This document shows, piece after piece, positions 55,836 through 63,883 of a DNA stretch of 64,000 bases. The notes under the pieces are model-generated. The model was not told where the DNA came from. It searched no databases and saw only the letters and a program-made list of their open reading frames with translations. This DNA comes from a virus. Taxonomy: Duplodnaviria; Caudoviricetes. Position 1 is the first letter of the stretch; each line of letters starts with the position of its first letter. Made by a program: the position numbers and the translations under genes. Location of the stretch: positions 32,001 through 96,000 of the IMG/VR virus record IMGVR_UViG_3300021255_004000, one strand, 5' to 3'.

Positions 55836-56412
55836 TCTTGTGTTCCTCATATTTGTCAGGACCAGTGTAAGCTTCGAGCATCTTTTCTGTAACAATTTTG
55901 TGTTCTTTGTAAAGGAAATTGAACCAAGATGATGTTGTACTTGGAATAAGTTTTCCTTCAACCTTAAACCAATAAGGCCAATCGGTACCTTTTAATACCA
56001 GCGGCTTCTGTTCTGTTTCAACTGCTTTTTTAATCTTTTTCAAATCTTCAGGCGATACATAATAGTCACCGTGATAAATATGATAGTACTTTACATCCAA
56101 GACGCCAATAAAGTTTTGATAACTTTCTTTGAGCGGAACAAATCCCAAAGCATCAAGTTCACTTTTCAAATAGTATTCATAATTTGAATTGTAGCCTCTT
56201 AGTATGAAGCGTTTCTCTTTCTTGTCCCAATTGTGGGATTCTGTTTCTTCATAATATTCTTCAAGACCTGGGATGTTATGATTCCAAAGTTGAACAAACT
56301 TTTCTTTGAGTTCTTTGTTTGCTTCTGTTTCTTTTTCATACTCGCCGTAAAGGTCGTGACCTTGCATTTTTCTGATTACAAAAGTATCATAATCTTTCTT
56401 CTTTCCAAACAT
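55822..56412 (-). CDS. Hypothetical protein
   Basis: 196-aa ORF, AAGGAG RBS. Confidence 0.65.
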   Translation of the reverse strand: MFGKKKDYDTFVIRKMQGHDLYGEYEKETEANKELKEKFVQLWNHNIPGLEEYYEETESHNWDKKEKRFILRGYNSNYEYYLKSELDALGFVPLKESYQNFIGVLDVKYYHIYHGDYYVSPEDLKKIKKAVETEQKPLVLKGTDWPYWFKVEGKLIPSTTSSWFNFLYKEHKIVTEKMLEAYTGPDKYEEHKNECK

Positions 56413-56422
56413 ATTGACTCCT

Positions 56423-56719
56423 TTAGTCTATATTAACTTTGCGGTCATATTTCATACCCCATTTTATAACTTTTTTGCAATTCTTCCAATAAAGACTTGT
56501 ACAAGAAAATGTAACACAATCTTTTGGAAGTTGTGATTCACTGTCAGTGTAAATCGGATTGAAAGCAACAACAACGCCCATATATTTCATTGTCTTGTGA
56601 AAATGATACACAGGTCTTTTTGAAAAGAAACATTGAAGTGTTTCGTGGCATTTTGTGTTGCCTATCCAATAAACAACTTCAACAGTTTCCCAAGCAGCTT
56701 TCTTGTCGTACTTAGTCAT
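56423..56719 (-). CDS. Hypothetical protein
   Basis: Coupled ORF, GAGG RBS. Confidence 0.55.
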   Translation of the reverse strand: MTKYDKKAAWETVEVVYWIGNTKCHETLQCFFSKRPVYHFHKTMKYMGVVVAFNPIYTDSESQLPKDCVTFSCTSLYWKNCKKVIKWGMKYDRKVNID

Positions 56720-56897
56720 TTGTCACCTCAATTCCCAAATGTTTTAACATCAAGCGGCAGCCCCAAGAAAATGTTTTGAAACGAGATGGATCCATCTGAT
56801 GTTCTTTTTGATAATCTTTTTCCCATTTCTCACCTTCTCCTGTCCAAAGGTCACAGACAAGATTTTGAAAATCTGCAACATTCATTTTCTCAGGCAT
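56712..56897 (-). CDS. Hypothetical protein
   Basis: Start MPEKMN after AAGGAG. Confidence 0.5.
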   Translation of the reverse strand: MPEKMNVADFQNLVCDLWTGEGEKWEKDYQKEHQMDPSRFKTFSWGCRLMLKHLGIEVTND

Positions 56898-57918
56898 TCT
56901 TTTTCTCCTTAAGTAATGGACATTTGTCACCACATACATTGCAAGTTTCCTGAATATCCATTGCCCCGAAAAGATTTATGTGAGCAGAACATTGTGTTCT
57001 TTGTTTTTCTTTCTTTGCGATAATCGGATCTTCTTCCTCGTGAGCTTCCCACCAATCATTTGCAATTCCATTCACAAGTTTTGCAACTCGCCATTTCTGA
57101 CACTCATCTTCAACATCTTCAACGGTTGGCATCTTGATATGTTCACTGCGGGAAAGCATACACTCTGTTGAAATATCAAAACCTTCTTTCAGTGCAAGTG
57201 TGTAACCAATGATTGCGTTCAATTCATCATAACCATTTACAGCATCAGTAAGCAGAGGACCCATTGCACAAATGCGTCTTGTTCCTAAAATGTATTTGTA
57301 AATTGGAAACTCAGAAATTGGGACATGCCCGAATGCTTCGATTTGATAGTCAAGAATTGTTGCATCACTGAACTTATCATAAAAGTCGCAAGCAACTCTC
57401 AATTCATCGATTGTAAGTTTATTTGCTTTTTCACAAGCGCCCGGGCGAAGAGATGTACCCAAAAAGATTGTGTGTACGCCGCAGTCATATGCATAAAGAA
57501 CAAGTTCACTGAAGTTTTTGTAAAATGGATTTTCCCACTGATCATCTTTTTCAATTTGTTCACGAAGGAACTGACCACCGCGGGAATTGATAACATATCC
57601 GCTTCTTTCTGCTTCACGAATAAGATAAGCAGGTGTAATATGAAAAGTCATTGCTTTTACACCATAAGACGCCTGCCGTTTGATTGTATCTTTGATGTCT
57701 TCTTCAAAAAGAATACTTTCATAAATCGGCGCAGAACAAAGAATGACATTTTTGCCAACTTTGTCCCGAACGGATTCCCAAAGAGCTTTCACTCTTGGTT
57801 TGTCAACTGAAATAACACTGACATAATCGATGTTGTACTTGGAAGCGAGCTCGAGTTTTTTCAACTCATCTGTAAATGATTGCTCGGGATATGACAACCC
57901 AATGTTTAATTTAAGCAT
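56890..57918 (-). CDS. ThiC-like non-canonical radical-SAM protein
   Basis: SRGG, LRPG, GHVP, GPLLTD...GYD, EHIKMP, C-terminal CNVCGDKCP. Confidence 0.75.
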   Translation of the reverse strand: MLKLNIGLSYPEQSFTDELKKLELASKYNIDYVSVISVDKPRVKALWESVRDKVGKNVILCSAPIYESILFEEDIKDTIKRQASYGVKAMTFHITPAYLIREAERSGYVINSRGGQFLREQIEKDDQWENPFYKNFSELVLYAYDCGVHTIFLGTSLRPGACEKANKLTIDELRVACDFYDKFSDATILDYQIEAFGHVPISEFPIYKYILGTRRICAMGPLLTDAVNGYDELNAIIGYTLALKEGFDISTECMLSRSEHIKMPTVEDVEDECQKWRVAKLVNGIANDWWEAHEEEDPIIAKKEKQRTQCSAHINLFGAMDIQETCNVCGDKCPLLKEKKNA

Positions 57919-57930
57919 TTATTGCTCTCC

Positions 57931-58119
57931 TTAGTGTGAAATATGTTTGTCTACATATTCAAGATTGAGATGATTTTCAACAACACCAACTTGAACATTC
58001 AAGAGGTCATTGTACAATGAATGCATTCTCAAACATCGTTCAATGCACTGCAATTCATTGTAGTCAAGCTTTTCTTGATTCTTTATTTTGTCAAAAAGTT
58101 TCTGCTCCCAATCACCCAT
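57931..58119 (-). CDS. Hypothetical protein
   Basis: 62-aa ORF, GAGGAG RBS. Confidence 0.5.
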   Translation of the reverse strand: MGDWEQKLFDKIKNQEKLDYNELQCIERCLRMHSLYNDLLNVQVGVVENHLNLEYVDKHISH

Positions 58120-58276
58120 TCAACAGCTCCTCAGCTCTCTCAACTGCTTTTGTATAACTTTTACTCTGATTAAGAGTTTCAACAATATGTTTTGGAAGAG
58201 CTTCATTTAACGCAAGAAGTACTCCTGCAAATAAAGCTCTGTCCTCAACAAGTTGAACAACATCATAGTCCATTGC

Positions 58277-59512
58277 TCACTCCTCAGTACCATCAGTCAT
58301 CTGCATACCCATAAGGTGCAAAGTATCACGGTACAGTGTTCTTGAGTTTTTACCCTTTTCAATGAAAGCATCAAAAAGTTCATCAGCTTTCTTTCCATAA
58401 AGTTGTTTGAACAAAGCAGCATCTTCTGGAAAATCTTCATTCACTGAAGTGTAGAACTCTTTCTTATCTGCATACTTTGCTGCGATTACTGTGTTGACAT
58501 ATTCAACTTTTTCTTCAAGCCATTTACGGTACAGCTGAACATTGTGAGAGATTTCCTCAACACGAGCTTTTACTTTTGGATCAGCAGCGCAAAGGTCATC
58601 AACTTCATTCATACAGTAATATTTGAACAAGCGGTTGTCACCGAAGTCTTCGCCTCTTGACTCAAACTTTACGCGAATGTAATCATCGATTTTGACTTTT
58701 ACACGGTTGAAATATTTATCACATACAACAACGCCTTCACCGTTATCTTTTACATTCCAACCTGCAAGTACATCAAGCATTTCCTTTGCGGATTTGAAGT
58801 TGTACATCTTTGGAGTTTCAAAAGGAAAATGGAATCTTTCTTTTGCTTCAGTGAAAGTTATTTCATCGCCACTTGGCATACGGAAACCAATAAGCCAAAG
58901 TTTTGCATCTTTTACCAAGTCAGTGTGAATTCTGTTCCAAGGTGACTCCAGTTCAAACATTGCTGTTGAACCTTCAGGCATTCTTTTTGCCCATTCACAA
59001 TCAGAGAAAAGGAAACCATCTGAGAAGAAAGCTGATGAAACGTCATTCTTTAATGCCCGCAAAAGAACATCAGACATATTGTTCAATCTTGGCAAGCCTG
59101 GGACATAATCAACAGGAGCGCCTTTCTCATTCTCAGTAATCACACGACCGTTTGACATCCAATAAACATTGCCGTGCCATTTGAACGCTTTGAAAATCCA
59201 GCCGTCACGCTTGTGGGAAACCCAAGCAGAATCCCAGTCAATGTCAGCAGCAACGCCTTCATCTTTGTAATTCCAAAACTTTGTGAATGGAGCACAGATG
59301 ATTTCACCTGTAGTTTTGTCAATTACAGTACCACGACACTGACACATTATATCAAAGATTTCCTTGTCATCAGGCATATCCATAAGATTGTACATAAGTA
59401 CAACCCAGTTGCGGCCTTCAACAGGATAAATGGATTTCATATTTGGTCTGAGGATTTCTTCCCAATTTGGATTTGATTTTACGAAGTTTTCAAGTTTCTC
59501 AAAGTGTTTCAT
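58277..59512 (-). CDS. T4 Rnl1-type RNA ligase
   Basis: CRG...PFTKFWN, HKRDG (motif I), FELESPWNRI, EGVVV, RVKVK. Confidence 0.85.
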   Translation of the reverse strand: MKHFEKLENFVKSNPNWEEILRPNMKSIYPVEGRNWVVLMYNLMDMPDDKEIFDIMCQCRGTVIDKTTGEIICAPFTKFWNYKDEGVAADIDWDSAWVSHKRDGWIFKAFKWHGNVYWMSNGRVITENEKGAPVDYVPGLPRLNNMSDVLLRALKNDVSSAFFSDGFLFSDCEWAKRMPEGSTAMFELESPWNRIHTDLVKDAKLWLIGFRMPSGDEITFTEAKERFHFPFETPKMYNFKSAKEMLDVLAGWNVKDNGEGVVVCDKYFNRVKVKIDDYIRVKFESRGEDFGDNRLFKYYCMNEVDDLCAADPKVKARVEEISHNVQLYRKWLEEKVEYVNTVIAAKYADKKEFYTSVNEDFPEDAALFKQLYGKKADELFDAFIEKGKNSRTLYRDTLHLMGMQMTDGTEE

Positions 59513-59534
59513 TTATGATACCTCCGTATAAATA

Positions 59535-59768
59535 TTAACAAACTTCTTTAAGGAAGTCGAACTTGATAAGATTTTTATAAGATGTTCCTGATGAACCTGA
59601 TCCTTTTGCAATTTTCAAAGGAAGTTCACCATTCTTGTGAATAATTGCATTTCCTTTAGGAGATTCTTCAACACCAAAAACTTCTCCTTCTTTAAGTTCA
59701 ATCGATGTAAACTTGCCTTCCTGACGGCCATAGATGATCCAATTTGAAGTTGTTTTGAATGTTTTCAT
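59535..59768 (-). CDS. Small hypothetical protein
   Basis: AAGGAG RBS, early promoter upstream. Confidence 0.6.
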   Translation of the reverse strand: MKTFKTTSNWIIYGRQEGKFTSIELKEGEVFGVEESPKGNAIIHKNGELPLKIAKGSGSSGTSYKNLIKFDFLKEVC

Positions 59769-59798
59769 AATTTGCTCCTTTATCTGATTTACAAAAAT

Positions 59799-59827
59799 AA
59801 TATAAAAGATTTACATTAAAAGTTCAA
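59799..59827 (-). promoter_or_regulatory. Early-type promoter TTGAAC-N17-TATATT
   Basis: Conserved repeat; upstream of the RNA ligase gene run. Confidence 0.8.
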
Positions 59828-59860
59828 AAATTATAATAAATTATCCTTGTATTCTTATTA

Positions 59861-59888
59861 TTATATTGTCCCATATAGCTAAAAAAGT
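59861..59888 (-). repeat. 28-bp perfect repeat, copy 3 (inverted)
   Basis: Reverse complement of 9215-9242. Confidence 0.9.
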
Positions 59889-59905
59889 CATTTTGACATT
59901 TTCTG

Positions 59906-60115
59906 TCAATCTGTCAACCATTTCTTTTTTGCCCATTTTTTGCCTTCTTCTATTGAGTTGACAATTTTTGTGTCAATTAAGTTTGCGCCGCCCATAACCC
60001 ATACTTCATATTTAGGACTGTTCTTTCTTTGACAAATTGAAATAATAAAGCCATCATCTTCTTCCCAATACCAAGCTTTCAACTTTTTATCATATTCCCA
60101 CATATCTTTTCCCAT
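59906..60115 (-). CDS. Small hypothetical protein
   Basis: 69-aa ORF. Confidence 0.5.
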   Translation of the reverse strand: MGKDMWEYDKKLKAWYWEEDDGFIISICQRKNSPKYEVWVMGGANLIDTKIVNSIEEGKKWAKKKWLTD

Positions 60116-60164
60116 AAAAAAACCCGAGAATTAAATCTCGGGTTCTCGATCTATTTACTGTCAA

Positions 60165-62066
60165 TTACTCAACAAGTTTAATAAGGTCGTTTTTGCTCAT
60201 CTGAGTAAGGTCAATGTCAGGCTCATCTTCAACAAACTCAAAACCTGCGGCAGCAAGTAAGTCGTTCAACTTGATGTAGCTGTTTGCTTTTACCTTGCCC
60301 TGTGCTTCAATAATTTTCATCATTGAAACAGAAGGCACTCGTGCAGCACCAGCTTCCATATCTGACATAAAGATTTTGCCATCTTCAATTTTTGCAACAA
60401 CCTTTTGACCATAAGTATCGTGCTGAAGTTCTGCTTCAAACACAATCTTGTTTGGGTCAACCATCGCGTCTTTAGCGCTATATCTGCGGTTCATTCTGTC
60501 CATATTTGCTTTGTCTGGGTCAACAGCAACGAAAAGTTTGAACTTTGAATGCTCATCTCCTGAGAACTTGTTGATTGAAATTACACCATCAGGAGCGCCC
60601 TTTCCGATGTAAATACATTCGGCAGCTTCAGGATTTGCGCTTGTCATATCACCAGAGTAGATGATCTTGCCATACTTACCACCGTGATAGTCGCCGTTCC
60701 AACCATAATGCTGGCCTGTCTTGCTGACATAATGAAGGTCATAGTCTCTTACGCCCCATTCATCACGCCAGTAAATGCCGAATACATTGTCCTTCTCTGC
60801 GAGAGGAATTGCAGTACCCATAGGATAGTTGCCAACAAAGTTCTTTTCAGAAGTTGGAATTGTCAACTCAAGACCCTTAGGAAGTTTGATTCTTGTTGGT
60901 CTTTCGAGAACAACATCATTTCCTTCAGCATCTTTTGTTGTAACCTTTGTGATGGCTTTCTTTGCCAAGTTGTTGATGTATGAGTCCTTAAGGATTGCAT
61001 ACAACTCAGCAAGGTACTTTTCATCACAAGAAGCCTGATAACCTTCGCGAACGAAAGTCTTTCCGTTTCTGATTACAAACATACGGCCTTTAACATCCTG
61101 ACCGTTCACGCGTTCCATAATGCCCTGCATAAGCTGACCTTTCTTGAAGGCAGTCAAAGAATCAACTTTTTCTGCTGCTTCTTTAAGATAAGCGTCCTGC
61201 TGACCTTCAGGATTGAAACATCTTTCCCAGAAACCAATCTTCATTGGCTTGTGGTTCTTAACAGCCAACTTACGAATGTGGTTGATTGTTGTATGTGTTT
61301 CAGCGCATTTCATTGCAAGAATAAGCGGCTTGTAACGATAGAAGATAGTTGACAGAGCAACATCTCTTTCGCTCAAGATCTTGTTCAAGTCTTTCTTCTG
61401 CTTTGCAGGCAATGCAGCAACCAAGCTTTTGATACGAGCGATTGACTCTCTTGACTTAACAAGCATTGCTGTGTCCTGTGTCAAAAGATACATAACAACA
61501 CGCAATACTGAAATTGGCTGCTTAGGGTATGCGCCCATCTGAACAGCGAAGATAGCCTGAGCTTCTTTGTTTGCAATTTCATCAACATCAACTTTGTTCA
61601 AGAAGTCATAATCTTTGATGTAGTCCATCAAAAGCTGAAGTGTCTTTTCGTTGATTGCAATGCCTGACTTCAACATTCCGTAGCACTCTTCGAAGATTTC
61701 ATCTTCTGTTGCAGGAAGAATGACTTTGTACTTTTTGTACTCGATTACAGGCGGTTCATCGTTCGGAACATAGCCGTTGCCTTCCTGAGTATGGCCTGTA
61801 CCATAAGTTGAAGCATAATGCATCCACTGGTCAAAAGCGAGCTCGAGGCGATCCTTTGATACAACATCTTCAAATGTTTTGTAGAAAGTTGAGTTTGGAT
61901 TGTAAGTCTCATTCTCGAGAAACTTTACAATTTCTTTGCTTCCGCAGCAATCTGGGTGGACAAGGTAACCTGCCTTCATAGCCTTTTCGTTTACTGCTTT
62001 GAATGTTGCAAGGTCACAAGTACAAGAAGGAGCTTTGTTAAAAAGCTGAATAAGTTTCCAGTTCAT
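60165..62066 (-). CDS. ROT/TROVE-like helical protein with C-terminal TerD-like domain
   Basis: N-terminal NSTFYK...DQWMHYASTYG, helical middle, TerD-like FGIYW...DYDLH...YSGDMTSA...AAECIYI. Confidence 0.6.
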   Translation of the reverse strand: MNWKLIQLFNKAPSCTCDLATFKAVNEKAMKAGYLVHPDCCGSKEIVKFLENETYNPNSTFYKTFEDVVSKDRLELAFDQWMHYASTYGTGHTQEGNGYVPNDEPPVIEYKKYKVILPATEDEIFEECYGMLKSGIAINEKTLQLLMDYIKDYDFLNKVDVDEIANKEAQAIFAVQMGAYPKQPISVLRVVMYLLTQDTAMLVKSRESIARIKSLVAALPAKQKKDLNKILSERDVALSTIFYRYKPLILAMKCAETHTTINHIRKLAVKNHKPMKIGFWERCFNPEGQQDAYLKEAAEKVDSLTAFKKGQLMQGIMERVNGQDVKGRMFVIRNGKTFVREGYQASCDEKYLAELYAILKDSYINNLAKKAITKVTTKDAEGNDVVLERPTRIKLPKGLELTIPTSEKNFVGNYPMGTAIPLAEKDNVFGIYWRDEWGVRDYDLHYVSKTGQHYGWNGDYHGGKYGKIIYSGDMTSANPEAAECIYIGKGAPDGVISINKFSGDEHSKFKLFVAVDPDKANMDRMNRRYSAKDAMVDPNKIVFEAELQHDTYGQKVVAKIEDGKIFMSDMEAGAARVPSVSMMKIIEAQGKVKANSYIKLNDLLAAAGFEFVEDEPDIDLTQMSKNDLIKLVE

Positions 62067-62089
62067 TTAAGAACCTCTTAAAAAGTAAC

Positions 62090-62145
62090 AGGCGGGTTGT
62101 AATTTGAAAAACTTTCATATTCCTTGTTAGGAACAACCGTTGCCT
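62090..62145 (-). ncRNA. Y-like stem copy 5, in the 5' region of the ROT-TerD gene
   Basis: GGC-AAC-GGTTGT-TCCTA...ACAACC-C-GCC ending 24 nt before ATG. Confidence 0.75.
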
Positions 62146-62152
62146 TAAATAG

Positions 62153-62420
62153 TGGAATGGGAAGGAGTCGAACCTCCCTAGACAATACATTACTGTACCG
62201 TCTTAATTTCGTGCAGCATCTGATTACTGATGTGAGGTCTTTGCAGTCTTACCTATCAGCCTTTCATAGCAACACCCGACCCTTAGCTTGCTTTCAGTGG
62301 CCTGCATACCCCCTAATAACAAACCCAATCGGAATGCCCAAAGTCTTACTCTGGATTCCACTTTTAGCTAGAAGATACTTGTTCGCGGCCAACGAACTTC
62401 TCTCTAGTCCCGTTCACTCC
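62153..62420 (-). ncRNA. ~270-nt RNA with tRNA-like 3' end (tmRNA-like layout)
   Basis: GGAGG-TTCGACT-CCTTC T arm and CCATTCCA end; possible 5' GGAGTG partner. Confidence 0.45.
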
Positions 62421-62757
62421 ATAATATTTTTGCGTTTCCCCAACTTCCAACCTGAACAGTCTCTAACTGTTCAACTTTGAAAGGAGCAGTGGCCGAACCA
62501 ACTCTGGAAACAACAAGTTCAAAGTTTTTGTATTTTGTTTTAAGACTTTTTGTTATAAGCTTTTTTACATTGTTGTAAAGTTTCTGATTGTAGTCATTCT
62601 TTCTGCCTTTGTTAAGCATTGTGTAATGAACAACAGCAGTTTTCTCTTTTGAAAGGTCTGGGATTCTCAAGTCAGGTCGTTTCCCGGGCTTAAGTTCAAC
62701 ACCGTAGATTTCGCCGTTATAATTGCAGCTTACAACCCAATGATTCTGTAGAATCAT
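62404..62757 (-). CDS. Hypothetical protein
   Basis: GGAGG RBS before MILQ. Confidence 0.55.
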   Translation of the reverse strand: MILQNHWVVSCNYNGEIYGVELKPGKRPDLRIPDLSKEKTAVVHYTMLNKGRKNDYNQKLYNNVKKLITKSLKTKYKNFELVVSRVGSATAPFKVEQLETVQVGSWGNAKILWSERD

Positions 62758-62785
62758 AAAAACCTCCAAAAGATAATGTTTAGCA

Positions 62786-62916
62786 GAGCGGGAATTATTG
62801 AAACCCGTCCTCGGCGGCTTCTCCCCAGCTAGGGAAAGTGTAGCAATCCACTCGCATCCTAAGATGCCCTAGCACTGAAGTATAATTTGCGTTAAGATAG
62901 GAACATTCCTATGCTC
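62786..62916 (-). ncRNA. Y-like stem RNA copy 6 with multibranch cargo
   Basis: GAGC-ATA-GGAAT-GT-TCCTA...ATTCC-C-GCTC. Confidence 0.65.
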
Positions 62917-62927
62917 AGTAAACATGG

Positions 62928-62979
62928 TCGGCGAGAAGTAAAACAAATCCCGATTGTAAATAGGAACCTCTTATGCCGA
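62928..62979 (-). ncRNA. Y-like stem RNA copy 7 (minimal)
   Basis: CGGC-ATA-AGAGGT-TCCTA...ACTTCT-C-GCCG with compensatory changes. Confidence 0.7.
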
Positions 62980-63012
62980 TATTTTATTTAGTTTTAATTG
63001 TCAAAAAGTAAC

Positions 63013-63255
63013 CTACTTTTCAACAAGTGAAACTCTCTGTTTGTGGGCGTCAAAAGTAACAATTAAGTTTGAGTTGGCAACATCATCCTCAATGTCGATT
63101 GGCGTTCCTGCAGCAGTTGAAAGAACCATAATTGTCAAAAGATCTTCAACATCTTTCTTGAGCTCCTGTCGAACCCAACGATTTCCGTTCTTGCGAACCC
63201 AGAAAACTGGACCATCAGAAGTGTTCTCAACTTCAACTTTATATTTATCCATCAA
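63013..63255 (-). CDS. Hypothetical protein
   Basis: GGAGG RBS. Confidence 0.55.
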   Translation of the reverse strand: MMDKYKVEVENTSDGPVFWVRKNGNRWVRQELKKDVEDLLTIMVLSTAAGTPIDIEDDVANSNLIVTFDAHKQRVSLVEK

Positions 63256-63266
63256 GGTCCTCCAAA

Positions 63267-63560
63267 TTAACGGTAGTTTTTTGCAATCTCAATAGCAACA
63301 TTCATTGCATTTATATCGACAAACCAATCCTGTCCTAAGTCAAGACAGAGCGGAACACCGTGTTCGAACTCAGCGATTGAGTCGATTCCATAAGAATATG
63401 TAGGCTGTCCTTTGTCCCAATCACTGCCATCATTCTTTGCATATTTGCGGTCGATGAAAAGAATTGTCTTTCCATAGCCCCAACAAGCTTCGTCCTGAAC
63501 GCGGATTCCCCAGCGCGGTGTACAAGGAATGAAGTTTTCAATGATTGTTGGTTCTGCCAT
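63267..63560 (-). CDS. Hypothetical protein
   Basis: AGGAGG RBS, early promoter upstream. Confidence 0.65.
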   Translation of the reverse strand: MAEPTIIENFIPCTPRWGIRVQDEACWGYGKTILFIDRKYAKNDGSDWDKGQPTYSYGIDSIAEFEHGVPLCLDLGQDWFVDINAMNVAIEIAKNYR

Positions 63561-63594
63561 AATTTATTCCTCCTTTACGGCGTTTTACAGTAAT

Positions 63595-63623
63595 AATATA
63601 AAAGACGCCGTTAAGAAGTTCAA
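63595..63623 (-). promoter_or_regulatory. Early-type promoter TTGAAC-N17-TATATT
   Basis: Conserved repeat. Confidence 0.8.
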
Positions 63624-63883
63624 TTTTCAAAAGCAGAAATTGATAATTTTTTCAACAAAATCCATTCCTCTACTTCAATTCGCCAAAATCCTGATAAGTC
63701 ACGATCTCTTGGACAGTCAAGATTCATATAAAACTTTTTCGTATCAGTACGATAATAAACGATTTGGAACTCAGTCTTTCCTGTGATAGAAGTACCAAGT
63801 ATCAAATACATTCCTGTTTCAGGCGGCTCTGTACAAGACATAGAATTGGGAACTTTTTCGTTTTCAAAAACGCTTAATTCCAT
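63620..63883 (-). CDS. Hypothetical protein
   Basis: 87-aa ORF. Confidence 0.55.
   Translation of the reverse strand: MELSVFENEKVPNSMSCTEPPETGMYLILGTSITGKTEFQIVYYRTDTKKFYMNLDCPRDRDLSGFWRIEVEEWILLKKLSISAFEN

Noticed and set aside
62153-62420. Canonical tmRNA call
   Set aside because: No G3:U70 pair and no recognisable resume codon or tag peptide; kept only as tmRNA-shaped.
43390-62979. Repeated TAGGAACAAC motif as a CRISPR repeat
   Set aside because: Copies are dispersed, irregularly spaced and covary as an RNA helix; no cas genes are present.
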